Below are positions 38,563-47,188 of a stretch of 64,000 bases of DNA, piece after piece (position 1 is the first letter of the stretch; each line of letters starts with the position of its first letter). A program made the position numbers and the translations under genes. Origin of the DNA: Thermomicrobiales bacterium (GTDB lineage Bacteria; Chloroflexota; Chloroflexia; Thermomicrobiales; CFX8); contig JAMLIA010000005.1 in the NCBI GenBank assembly GCA_023954495.1, positions 6,174 to 70,173 of the forward strand, in the 5' to 3' direction. The notes below the pieces were generated by a model. That model had not been told where the DNA came from. It saw only the letters and a program-made list of their open reading frames with translations, and searched no databases.

Positions 38563-38985
38563 CTATGCTCGGCTTTCGTCAGCGCCTGTGTTGTTGATGA
38601 TTGCCTCGGCGTCTATCTCAATCAGCATACGCGGGTCAATCAGCCAGGAAATCCCAATCAATGTGCCGGTCGGTCGAGTGTCGAGAAACGCTTCGCCAAG
38701 CGCTCGGCAGGCATCTTCTACATCCTCTCGTCGGGTCAGATAGACGCGATAACGGATGAGATCTGCCAGTGTTGCTCCGGCTTGCTCCAGCGCGAGACGA
38801 ATATTCTCGATCGTCTGCTTCGTCTGAATGTACGCGTCACCAATGCCGGCCAGCTCTCCGGAAGGCAGCGTCGCTGTCGTGCCGGAAACGAAAATCCGAT
38901 CACCAAGCTTGATCGCTCGGGAGTAACCAACCTCGCGTTCCCAGACGGTACCGGTGCTAAACAGTTCGCGGCTATTCGTTGCCAT
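38563..38985 (-). CDS. RidA/YjgF-family protein
   Basis: GDRIFVSGTTA...IQTKQTIENIRLALEQAGATLADLIRYRVYL is typical of RidA. The ORF-track N-terminal extension overlaps the upstream gene and is rejected. Confidence 0.8.
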   Translation of the reverse strand: MATNSRELFSTGTVWEREVGYSRAIKLGDRIFVSGTTATLPSGELAGIGDAYIQTKQTIENIRLALEQAGATLADLIRYRVYLTRREDVEDACRALGEAFLDTRPTGTLIGISWLIDPRMLIEIDAEAIINNTGADESRA

Positions 38986-40039
38986 GTGCATCTCCGTCCA
39001 TTGACGCAACGACTCCGGCCATTGCATAGAGGAATACATACAACATGCACCAGTGGAGCCGCATTGCGTCGAATGGCATGGCCATGAAGGCGATGCCGCC
39101 GAAGCGGTCGCGGCCGGCCGCTTTGCCGACCTCGTACGCCCCCCAGCAGACTTCTGCCACCGACAGCCCCAGCGGCTCGTCGCCGAAGTCGCCAGACTCG
39201 CCGATATCCAGTACATCTGGATCGACAGCGAGCCAGACTTTGTCCGCCCCGCCAATCGACTTCCCCATCACCGAGGCGATCCACTCCTCATAATTCTGAC
39301 GGCGCGCCCGTGCGATTTGCCAGTAGGTGATGATGTTGTCGCGCTGGACGCCCTTATCGAGGAATCGCTGAATTACATCGCGGTCGTTGCGCGGCCCACG
39401 GAGACCGACATGGGTGTAGCGAGCAGGATCGACATTCGGCAGGTCGAGAATGCGCCGTGCCCAGGTCGATCCCCAGCGCGGCAAGCGCGGGTCGTCCTCC
39501 TCGATCTCGCCGGTCAGGTTGTCGTGGTGGGCATCGAAGTTGATAACGGCAACCGGCCCCTGCGCTGCCGCGGCAACCGCTTTCAGAACGCCGTAGGTCG
39601 ACGGGCCGGAATTCCCGCCAAGCGTGAAGGGGATCGCGCCCGCCCGGATGATCTCAGTGACGCGATCGCCGGTCGTAGCGAATGTGGTGGCGTGATCGTT
39701 CGATATCTCAACATCGCCATAATCGACCAGACCCAGGCGCTCGAAGACATCAATGTCCAGCTCCGGCAGGTAGCCACCGTACTTGACGGAGTTGGTTCGG
39801 AACGTGCTCGGCGTGAGGTTCGTACCGAAGTAGTTGGAGCCTGCCGCGCCAATGCGTGAGTCGGGCACCGGCGCTTGCCACGGCACTCCGAGGAACACGA
39901 TGTCGCTGCCGGCCAGGTCGCTTGGCGTTCGGGCCGGTGGCGCTCCGAAGAGCGTCGGAACGCTGCCGTAGTGGCGCGGCAACTGCATCCCAACAACTGG
40001 ATCAGATGGCTTGCGTGGCCACTTCAAGTTCTCGCTCAT
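38972..40039 (-). CDS. Arginase/agmatinase (ureohydrolase) family protein, divergent
   Basis: VINFDAHHDNL and LAVDPDVLD are family motifs. The GGDH motif position reads GGNSG. Confidence 0.7.
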   Translation of the reverse strand: MSENLKWPRKPSDPVVGMQLPRHYGSVPTLFGAPPARTPSDLAGSDIVFLGVPWQAPVPDSRIGAAGSNYFGTNLTPSTFRTNSVKYGGYLPELDIDVFERLGLVDYGDVEISNDHATTFATTGDRVTEIIRAGAIPFTLGGNSGPSTYGVLKAVAAAAQGPVAVINFDAHHDNLTGEIEEDDPRLPRWGSTWARRILDLPNVDPARYTHVGLRGPRNDRDVIQRFLDKGVQRDNIITYWQIARARRQNYEEWIASVMGKSIGGADKVWLAVDPDVLDIGESGDFGDEPLGLSVAEVCWGAYEVGKAAGRDRFGGIAFMAMPFDAMRLHWCMLYVFLYAMAGVVASMDGDAHGNE

Positions 40040-40042
40040 CGT

Positions 40043-41305
40043 CTATCCCCTCTTCCAGAGTCGGCCAGACCAGTCGATCGGCGTATGCTGTCCTGCCTGC
40101 TCCCGTCGTTGACCGTGCTCAATCGCCGTGTCGATTGCCTCGTTCATTCGCATGCTGATCGTTGACCAGTCGTATTCGCGGACGAGTTGCGCTCCATTGT
40201 CGCGCAGAATCTGCGCTTGTTCGGGGTCCGCCATGGCAGTAACAACCGCATTTGCGAACGCCTGCGGTTCGTCGGCCAGCAGCGTTGTGCGGTCAATGCC
40301 CGGGATACCCTCGGCCCCGATCGTGGTCGAGACGACTGGGGCTCCGGCGGCGAGTGCCTCGAAAATCTTCAGGCGCGTGCCTCCGCCGGAGCGTAGTGGC
40401 ACGATCGCGACCGCAGCCGACCACAGCCACGGGCGAATGTCCGCGACTCTTCCGGTGACGACGACCTCGTCGGTGGCGCGGGCGAGCAGCCAGTCCGGCG
40501 GGTCTGCTCCGACGAACACGGTTCGCGCTCCCGGCATGCGCTCGCGAACGAGCGGTTCAATCTCGTCCAGGTACCAGCGTGCCGCGTCGCTGTTCGGCTG
40601 GTGACGCATGACGCCAGTGAAGACGATGTCGTTGCGACGCTCCGCATCGGTCGGGCGTGCGAACGCAGCGACATCAGTGCCATTGGGCACGACACGCGTC
40701 GTCGCTCCAGAAGCTGCGGCAATGGACGCGGCGTCGCGGTCTGACGTAGCGACGACGACGTCTGCCGAGCGCCACAGGCGGCGCTCCAGTTGGGTGACCT
40801 TCCGTGCTTCGGCCAGCTTCAGCGATCGCTCGATGTCGCTGTCCGCGTTCCGCGCCACGCGCAAGAGCAGCTCGGCTTCGACATCGTGGGCATCGATCAC
40901 TGTTGGGCAGGGGCGCGGTGGCTGGAACAGCGCCGTTCGCGTGGATTCATAAAGGATGCAATCAATGTTGCGCGTGAGAAAGAGGCGATCCAGCACGCCC
41001 TGCATAGACTCGGACCAGGTCGATAGCTCAACAAACGACTTGCGCGACGAGATCGATCGCACCTGCAGCCTGCGCTTGGTGCGATTGGCCGGATGCCGCG
41101 GCGTCCAGGGGTGGGGGACGCAGGTGATGTTGCCGAGCGCACGCAGGGTGTCCAGCTCCAGATCGTCAGCATCGGTGATCGGGCAGAGGATCGTTACCTC
41201 GTGGGTGCGCGAGAGTTCGCGAATAAGATGAAACGAGCGCAGGGCACCGCCAAACTCCGGCGGCGTCGGCAGCCACGGCGTCACGACAACCAGATGTCGG
41301 CTCAT
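40043..41305 (-). CDS. Glycosyltransferase family 4 (GT-B fold)
   Basis: The N-terminus VVVTPWLPTPPEFGGALRSFHL, and a C-terminal GGTRLKIFEALAAGAPVVST segment typical of GT4. Confidence 0.8.
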   Translation of the reverse strand: MSRHLVVVTPWLPTPPEFGGALRSFHLIRELSRTHEVTILCPITDADDLELDTLRALGNITCVPHPWTPRHPANRTKRRLQVRSISSRKSFVELSTWSESMQGVLDRLFLTRNIDCILYESTRTALFQPPRPCPTVIDAHDVEAELLLRVARNADSDIERSLKLAEARKVTQLERRLWRSADVVVATSDRDAASIAAASGATTRVVPNGTDVAAFARPTDAERRNDIVFTGVMRHQPNSDAARWYLDEIEPLVRERMPGARTVFVGADPPDWLLARATDEVVVTGRVADIRPWLWSAAVAIVPLRSGGGTRLKIFEALAAGAPVVSTTIGAEGIPGIDRTTLLADEPQAFANAVVTAMADPEQAQILRDNGAQLVREYDWSTISMRMNEAIDTAIEHGQRREQAGQHTPIDWSGRLWKRG

Positions 41306-41511
41306 GCCGACATCCGGGCGTTGTCGTCTCGGCAGTGTCGTCTACAATGACGCCATAGGGGCTGGAACAGAAATGACCTCCGGATCGCTGACGTGCAGCG
41401 CTGATGCCGGGCGACCAACCACAGTTCGTGGCGTCGGCTGCTGCATCTTAATCCAAAATCAGATCAACGCCGGTGGCCGGCGCTGATTGCAATCGAAAGC
41501 AGGAGGGCGAC

Positions 41512-42261
41512 ATGCGACGAGTTCGATTTGCGGCTGATGGCGAGATTCACGAAGGTGAGTCAATCGAACAGGATACGGTGCTGCGCGGCAACGCCGGCCG
41601 ACTGTACAACCCGGCCGATGTCGTCTGGCTGCCACCGGTGAAGCCGGGCAAGGTCGTTGGTCTGGCACTCAACTATGCTGACCACGCAGAAGAGCTCGGG
41701 CTTGCTTCGCCGGAAGAGCCCGCCCTGTTCTTCAAGCCGTTGACCTCGCTGATCGGCAACGGCGCGCCGGTCATTGCGCCGCCGAACGTTGAGTACATGC
41801 ACTATGAAGTCGAGCTGGCCGTCGTCATCGGTCGTGGTGGACGCAAGATCCGCCAGAGTGAGGCGATGGACCACGTGCTCGGCTACACGATCGCGAATGA
41901 CGTCACTGTTCGCGACTTCGTGCACAACTTCTATCGCCCGCCGGTGAAGGCCAAGGGCTTCGACACGTTCGGCCCGCTCGGCCCGTACCTCGTAATCGAC
42001 GAAGTTGACGACCCGAACAATCTGGAGCTGCGAGCATTCGTCAATGGCGAGCTTCGCCAGACCGGTACGACGTCGCTCTTCGTCCGCGACATTCCGACGT
42101 TGATCGAGTACATCAGCGATTTCATGTCGCTGGAGCCGAATGATGTCATCCTGACCGGCACGCCGAAGGGGATCAGTCACATCTATCCGGGCGATGTCAT
42201 GCGGCTTGAGGTCGACGGTTTGGGTGCGCTTGAGAATCCAGTGATTGCAGACGCATCCTGA
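41512..42261 (+). CDS. Fumarylacetoacetate hydrolase family protein (HpaG-like)
   Basis: VVGLALNYADHAEE...YEVELAVVIG...GFDTFGPLGP is the FAH signature. AGGAGGG precedes ATG 41512. Confidence 0.85.
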   Translation: MRRVRFAADGEIHEGESIEQDTVLRGNAGRLYNPADVVWLPPVKPGKVVGLALNYADHAEELGLASPEEPALFFKPLTSLIGNGAPVIAPPNVEYMHYEVELAVVIGRGGRKIRQSEAMDHVLGYTIANDVTVRDFVHNFYRPPVKAKGFDTFGPLGPYLVIDEVDDPNNLELRAFVNGELRQTGTTSLFVRDIPTLIEYISDFMSLEPNDVILTGTPKGISHIYPGDVMRLEVDGLGALENPVIADAS

Positions 42262-42292
42262 TACGCAGTTCGATGGGAAAGGGGCCAGCCTG

Positions 42293-43777
42293 ATGGGCGC
42301 ACGAACCGGCCAGCAATACATCGATGGCCTGAAACAACAGCCTCGTGAGGTGTATATCGAGGGCGAGCGGGTGAGTGATGTCACGGAGCATCGCGCGTTT
42401 CGCAATGTCATTCAGAGCATCGCGCATCTCTACGACATGCAGCACGATGCGGAGCATCGCGACAATCTCACCTACGAATCGCCGGATACGGGGGAGCGAG
42501 TTGGCACAGCCTTTCTGCAACCGCGTACGCGGGCCGATCTACAGCGTCGGGGCAAAGCATTCAAGACCTGGGCGGACTATTCGCACGGGATGCTCGGGCG
42601 AACTCCGGATTACCTGAGCTCGTCGCTGATGGCCTTTTCCGGAGCCCATGATTATTTCGGTACGAACAATCCGGACTTCGGCAAGAACGTCGAAGCGTAC
42701 TATCGCAAGGCACGCGAAGAAGATCTCTGCCTGACGCACACGCTCATCAACCCGCAGGCAAACCGCTCAGTGGGACCGTCGCAACAAGCTGATCCGTATT
42801 TGTCGGCACGTGTGGTTGAGGAGAAGGACGACGGCATCGTCATCCGCGGCGCGCGCATGCTGGCGACGCTCGGCCCGATTGCGGACGAAATCGAGGTCTT
42901 CCCATCGACCGTCGTGAAGGCTGATCCAGCAGACTCTCCGTACGCGTTCGGATTCGTGATTCCATGCGGCGCGCCAGGGCTGAAGTTCCTGTGCCGCGAG
43001 ACCTACGATCTCGGGCGCTCAAAGCACGACCATCCGCTGGGATCGCGCTTTGAAGAGATGGATGCGGTCGTCATCTTCGACGACGTGTTCGTGCCGTGGG
43101 AGCGTGTGTTCCTGTATGGCGATCCGGAGCTGGCCAACGGTGCGTTCGGTGCGACGAACGCCGTCATCCATATGGCCCATCAGGTGATCGCGAAGAACAT
43201 CGCCAAAACCGAGTTCATGCTCGGGCTGGCCAGCACGATCATCGACACGATCGCGATCGAGCCCTTCCAGCACGTCCACGAGAAGGTCGCCGAGATCATC
43301 ATTGGTCTGGAGTGCATGCGCGCCCTGAAGGCGACCGCCGAGAACGACGCGCAGCTCGATCGCTGGGGCATCATGACACCGGCGCGAGAGCCGCTCGATG
43401 CGGCCCGCAATCTCTATCCCCGGCTCTATCCGCGCTTCGCTGAGATCATCCAGCAGCTTTCTGCCAGCGGCCTTATGGCCACGCCGACCGAGGCAGACAT
43501 CAATGGCGAGATGGGTCCGTCGATCGATCGATTCCTGACCGCAGCCAGAGCCGACGCTCGCGATCGGGTGGCGCTCTTCCGCCTGGCCTGGGATACGGCA
43601 GCATCGTCATTTGGTTCGCGGCAGGTGTTGTACGAGCGCTTCTTCTTCGGCGACCCGGTTCGTATGGCCGGCGCGCTGTTCAATTCCTATGATCGCACGC
43701 CGTATATGAATATGATTCGAGAGTTCATCGCCGAGGGCCGCGAGGCATCGATGTCAGATAAAGGAACGAGCGGATGA
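42293..43777 (+). CDS. hpaB: 4-hydroxyphenylacetate 3-monooxygenase, oxygenase component
   Basis: Close resemblance along its length to Thermus-type HpaB as I recall it (GARTGQQYIDGLK..., LYERFFFGDPVRM). Confidence 0.85.
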   Translation: MGARTGQQYIDGLKQQPREVYIEGERVSDVTEHRAFRNVIQSIAHLYDMQHDAEHRDNLTYESPDTGERVGTAFLQPRTRADLQRRGKAFKTWADYSHGMLGRTPDYLSSSLMAFSGAHDYFGTNNPDFGKNVEAYYRKAREEDLCLTHTLINPQANRSVGPSQQADPYLSARVVEEKDDGIVIRGARMLATLGPIADEIEVFPSTVVKADPADSPYAFGFVIPCGAPGLKFLCRETYDLGRSKHDHPLGSRFEEMDAVVIFDDVFVPWERVFLYGDPELANGAFGATNAVIHMAHQVIAKNIAKTEFMLGLASTIIDTIAIEPFQHVHEKVAEIIIGLECMRALKATAENDAQLDRWGIMTPAREPLDAARNLYPRLYPRFAEIIQQLSASGLMATPTEADINGEMGPSIDRFLTAARADARDRVALFRLAWDTAASSFGSRQVLYERFFFGDPVRMAGALFNSYDRTPYMNMIREFIAEGREASMSDKGTSG

Positions 43778-44385
43778 ACTCCCCAGGAACTGTCGATCCG
43801 GGATCGTTTCGTCGCGCTGTAGGGCAGTTCGCGACCGGCGTGACCGTGATCACGGTTCAGCACGGCGGCCATGTCCACGGTATGACGGCGAATTCCTTTA
43901 CTTCGGTTTCGCTCGAACCCCCGCTTGTCCTGTTCTGCGTCATCAAGACGGCGCGAATGGCGCGGATGCTTCCTGATGTCGAAGGCTTCGCGGTCAACAT
44001 TCTCAGCGACCGCCAGCTTGAGATCTCTCGCCAGTTCGCTGGTGCAAACAAGGAGCAGGCCGCGCGAACAGTGACGCTCGAGCAGGGTCAGATCGCGCCG
44101 CTGTTGCCCGGTTCGCTGGCCGCGATGTCGTGCCGGACGACGGCAGTGCACGAGGGCGGCGACCACTGGATTGTCGTTGGCGAAGTCGTCGCGCTTCACG
44201 AGCCGACGACGAGTCTCCAGGGGCCGCTCGCGTTCTTCCGCTCGCGGTATTGCGATCTGGTCGAGCCATCGACACCGGCCGAGGCGGCCGACCGATGGGC
44301 GAACGCGGACATGCGCATTTATCACGACGAGTGGAGTGCCGGGGATCTCAGTGATCCCGCAGAAAGGCAAGACCCACCATGGTGA
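43774..44385 (+). CDS. hpaC: Flavin reductase (HpaC-like)
   Basis: FRRAVGQFATGVTVITV is the flavin-reductase signature. It overlaps hpaB by 4 nt. Confidence 0.8.
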   Translation: MNSPGTVDPGSFRRAVGQFATGVTVITVQHGGHVHGMTANSFTSVSLEPPLVLFCVIKTARMARMLPDVEGFAVNILSDRQLEISRQFAGANKEQAARTVTLEQGQIAPLLPGSLAAMSCRTTAVHEGGDHWIVVGEVVALHEPTTSLQGPLAFFRSRYCDLVEPSTPAEAADRWANADMRIYHDEWSAGDLSDPAERQDPPW

Positions 44386-45416
44386 GCTCAACATCAACAG
44401 GTGTGCAGATTCAACGCGGCAGGCCGACGCCGAGATCAGGCGCGAACATCATCCGGTCGGCGCACGGTGAATTCCATGTCACTGACCTTGACCGAGCCCA
44501 TGCGTTCTATGTCGATGCCCTTGGATTCGTCCTGACGGAGCGGACGAGCGACGCGCTCTATCTGCGTGGGTTTGAAGAGCGCGACCATCACTCGCTGGTC
44601 CTGCGGAACGGAGCGACTCCGGGAGCCAGCCACCTCGCGTTCAAGGTTGCGACGGAGGATGATCTCGATCGCCTGGCGCATTTCGCGGCAGCGGCAGGGA
44701 TTCGGACGATCGAGGTGCCGGAGGGTCAGGACCCGGGACACGGGCGTGCAGTGCGCTTTCACGATCCGTTCGGCCTGCCTCTCGAGTTCGTCGCGCAGAT
44801 GCAGCAGGAGGAGCGCCTGTTGCAGCGCTTCGATCTGTATCGCGGCGCGCAGGTGATGCGCTTCGACCACTTCAATTGCCAGCTGCCGAACGTCTCGGAT
44901 GCATATGCCTGGTATTCGGCCGAGCTCGGCTTTGGATGCTCGGAGTACACCGTCTCCGACGATGGTCGGCTCTGGGCTGCCTGGCTGCAACGCAAGCAGA
45001 ACGTCCACGATCTGGCACTGATGAATGGCACCGGCCCGCGTGTCCACCACTTCGGGTTCTGGGTCACCGATCCGATGTCGGTGCTGCGGGCGTGTGATGT
45101 GCTGGCTGCGTCGGGTTGGGCGGAATCGATCGAGCGCGGCCCGGGACGCCACGGCCTCTCGAACGCGTTCTTCCTGTATTTGCGGGATCCGGACGGCAAT
45201 CGGATCGAGTTGTACGCCAGCGACTACCTGCTGTCCGACCCGGATTGGGAGCCGATCCGCTGGACGCTCAACGATCCACGGCGCGCGACCTTCTGGGGTC
45301 ACATGGCTCCGCCCTCGTGGTTTGACGAAGCTGCCTGCTGCTTCTCGTTCGAGAGCGGCGAGGCGCTGCCGATGTCAGCTGGGATGTTGCAGGATCGTCC
45401 CGATCACGTGACCTAG
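44379..45416 (+). CDS. hpaD: Extradiol ring-cleavage dioxygenase (VOC superfamily; homoprotocatechuate 2,3-dioxygenase-like)
   Basis: Two VOC modules (HVTDLDRAHAFYVDALGF..., FDHFNCQLPNV...). Its context next to hpaBC fits. Confidence 0.75.
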   Translation: MVSSTSTGVQIQRGRPTPRSGANIIRSAHGEFHVTDLDRAHAFYVDALGFVLTERTSDALYLRGFEERDHHSLVLRNGATPGASHLAFKVATEDDLDRLAHFAAAAGIRTIEVPEGQDPGHGRAVRFHDPFGLPLEFVAQMQQEERLLQRFDLYRGAQVMRFDHFNCQLPNVSDAYAWYSAELGFGCSEYTVSDDGRLWAAWLQRKQNVHDLALMNGTGPRVHHFGFWVTDPMSVLRACDVLAASGWAESIERGPGRHGLSNAFFLYLRDPDGNRIELYASDYLLSDPDWEPIRWTLNDPRRATFWGHMAPPSWFDEAACCFSFESGEALPMSAGMLQDRPDHVT

Positions 45417-45874
45417 GATTCTCCGGCGGTCGTGCGCTGCTGCTCTGCGCGGCGCTTCATCGCCTGTCGCCGTGAGCGCTCGAGCGAGCCGGCCAGACGG
45501 AAGGCGCTGGTGACCAGCGAATTGTCAGCCGGCGGCGTGGGGCTCAGGCCCTGCGCCTTGCGCTCGCGCGCGATGCGGCGCTGCTCGGCCGCTTTTGCGA
45601 CTGCCTCTTCGTACTTGCGCTTCTTCCAGCGATAACGGCAAACGCCCAGCGCAACGAACCCGGCGACCAGTCCCATCGCGCCGCCTGCGCCAGTTGGTGA
45701 GGTTGAGACGAACCCATAACCGAGCACCTCGGCGAGGTAGACGGCACCAAGCGTCAACGCGTAGGCAACGTTAAACCAGACCATCTCTTCGAAAGCCTGA
45801 CGCAGGCTCCAGGTCGTCGCTATGCCAATGATGAACGGTGCGATTGGAATGAGCCACATCGCAGTTTGGAGCAT
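45413..45874 (-). CDS. Hypothetical membrane protein with basic C-terminal tail
   Basis: Three or four hydrophobic helices, then a Lys/Arg-rich tail. No motif recognised. Confidence 0.5.
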   Translation of the reverse strand: MLQTAMWLIPIAPFIIGIATTWSLRQAFEEMVWFNVAYALTLGAVYLAEVLGYGFVSTSPTGAGGAMGLVAGFVALGVCRYRWKKRKYEEAVAKAAEQRRIARERKAQGLSPTPPADNSLVTSAFRLAGSLERSRRQAMKRRAEQQRTTAGES

Positions 45875-46071
45875 CTAACCAGTGACCCTTCCAGCGAAAC
45901 TGTCGCTGAGTGTGACCTGCCGCACGCCGCTCATTTGGGAGAGGCGGTATCATTCCATAACAAGTCGTTCGGCTGTGTGGCGATACGGACTGGGGGTCAC
46001 GAATCTCCACGTTGTCGAGCGTTTCCGAAGCATACCAGCGCATGGCATTGTTTCGTCAGGTAGGAGGGTGC

Positions 46072-46200
46072 ATGGGTCCCGGAGAACGATGGCTATTGTT
46101 TGGCGTCCTCGCCAGCCTGTTACCGGCGCTATTGCTGGTGCGAACCCTGATGCACGTGCTCAACATTCAAATCGGCGAGCGACCGAAGTGGCACGGCTAG
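46072..46200 (+). CDS. Candidate small membrane peptide (42 aa)
   Basis: The ATG is preceded by GGAGG 4 nt upstream. The product has a single hydrophobic helix, WLLFGVLASLLPALLLV. The ORF is short, so support is weak. Confidence 0.3.
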   Translation: MGPGERWLLFGVLASLLPALLLVRTLMHVLNIQIGERPKWHG

Positions 46201-46318
46201 GCAGCATTCCAGAGTAATTCCAACGCAGTTGATGGCGTGGGGAACGACATCCTTCCCCAGGCCGCTCTACGCTGGACACGTACCGTTACTCGGGAACTGC
46301 CAACGAAAGGTCGCCACC

Positions 46319-47188
46319 ATGGTTGCACCGGGTTCTGATTGGTCAGATTCGGTCGTGCACGCTGCTTCAGCGCGTACTGACCAGATCGCCTTGGCGCTGG
46401 ACGGCGTGCCGTCTGCTTCGATGTCGCGAACCCTTGCCGCGTACCAGCTTGCCTTCTCACTCTATGGCGGACGCTTCCAGAAGACGCTTGCTCAGTTGCG
46501 CGCGCTGCCCGCCAGCGCCATCGTTCTTGTCGCCAGCAAATTGGTGAAATCGCCCCAGATTATGCAAATCCTGGATCTTCCACACACGTTTGTGGAGTCT
46601 CTTCACGCGATTCCTGAATCGCCGAAGGTTGTTTTCCTCGGATGCCAGGATTCGGCAAGTCTTCCCGAAAATGAGATTGTTGAATTGCTGGCAGAGGGCG
46701 CGACGCTGATTACCAGCGACAAGTCTGCGTTGACTTCGCCGATGAGCGATGCCTTGCGTCCCACCAGCCCGCGGCCTGCCCGCATTGCGCGTGTGCGCTG
46801 GCTCGCCACTCACGATCTGTGCATGGGCCATCCGGCAGGGATTGATACCCACATGCTTCCGGGTGTTCAGCTACCGGCCGGGCATATCCCGGTTGCCGTT
46901 GACGACACGACCTCGGCGCAACTGGATGTCATCGCGGTTGATTCACTGACCGACGAGCCACTCATCGTGCGTGCCGAAGTTGGCGGCGGGCGGCTCCTTC
47001 ATGCGGTCCCGCACTGGTGGCAGCACGACAGTATCGCGCGGACTGTCGTCGACCGGCGTCAACTGAGCGTTATCCCGTCGTTTGCCTCGCTTGGCGCGCG
47101 CGTGAGTGACGTGACTTTCGGTGAGCTGCAAGCTGCGCGAACCATGCTTTGTGGGTTGATGACGGGGCTTGGGGCCGGCGCGAGGTAG
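46319..47188 (+). CDS. Hypothetical protein (289-319 aa), directly upstream of the WYL regulator
   Basis: The ORF abuts the next gene. The start is uncertain (TTG 46229 or ATG 46319). By eye it has more A/T-ending codons than its neighbours. No motif recognised. Confidence 0.55.
   Translation: MVAPGSDWSDSVVHAASARTDQIALALDGVPSASMSRTLAAYQLAFSLYGGRFQKTLAQLRALPASAIVLVASKLVKSPQIMQILDLPHTFVESLHAIPESPKVVFLGCQDSASLPENEIVELLAEGATLITSDKSALTSPMSDALRPTSPRPARIARVRWLATHDLCMGHPAGIDTHMLPGVQLPAGHIPVAVDDTTSAQLDVIAVDSLTDEPLIVRAEVGGGRLLHAVPHWWQHDSIARTVVDRRQLSVIPSFASLGARVSDVTFGELQAARTMLCGLMTGLGAGAR

Noticed and set aside
38986-39255. N-terminal extension of the RidA ORF (38563..39255)
   Set aside because: The extension overlaps the 3' part of the ureohydrolase-family gene in another frame and has an implausible composition. 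RidA similarity begins at MATNSRELF (38985).
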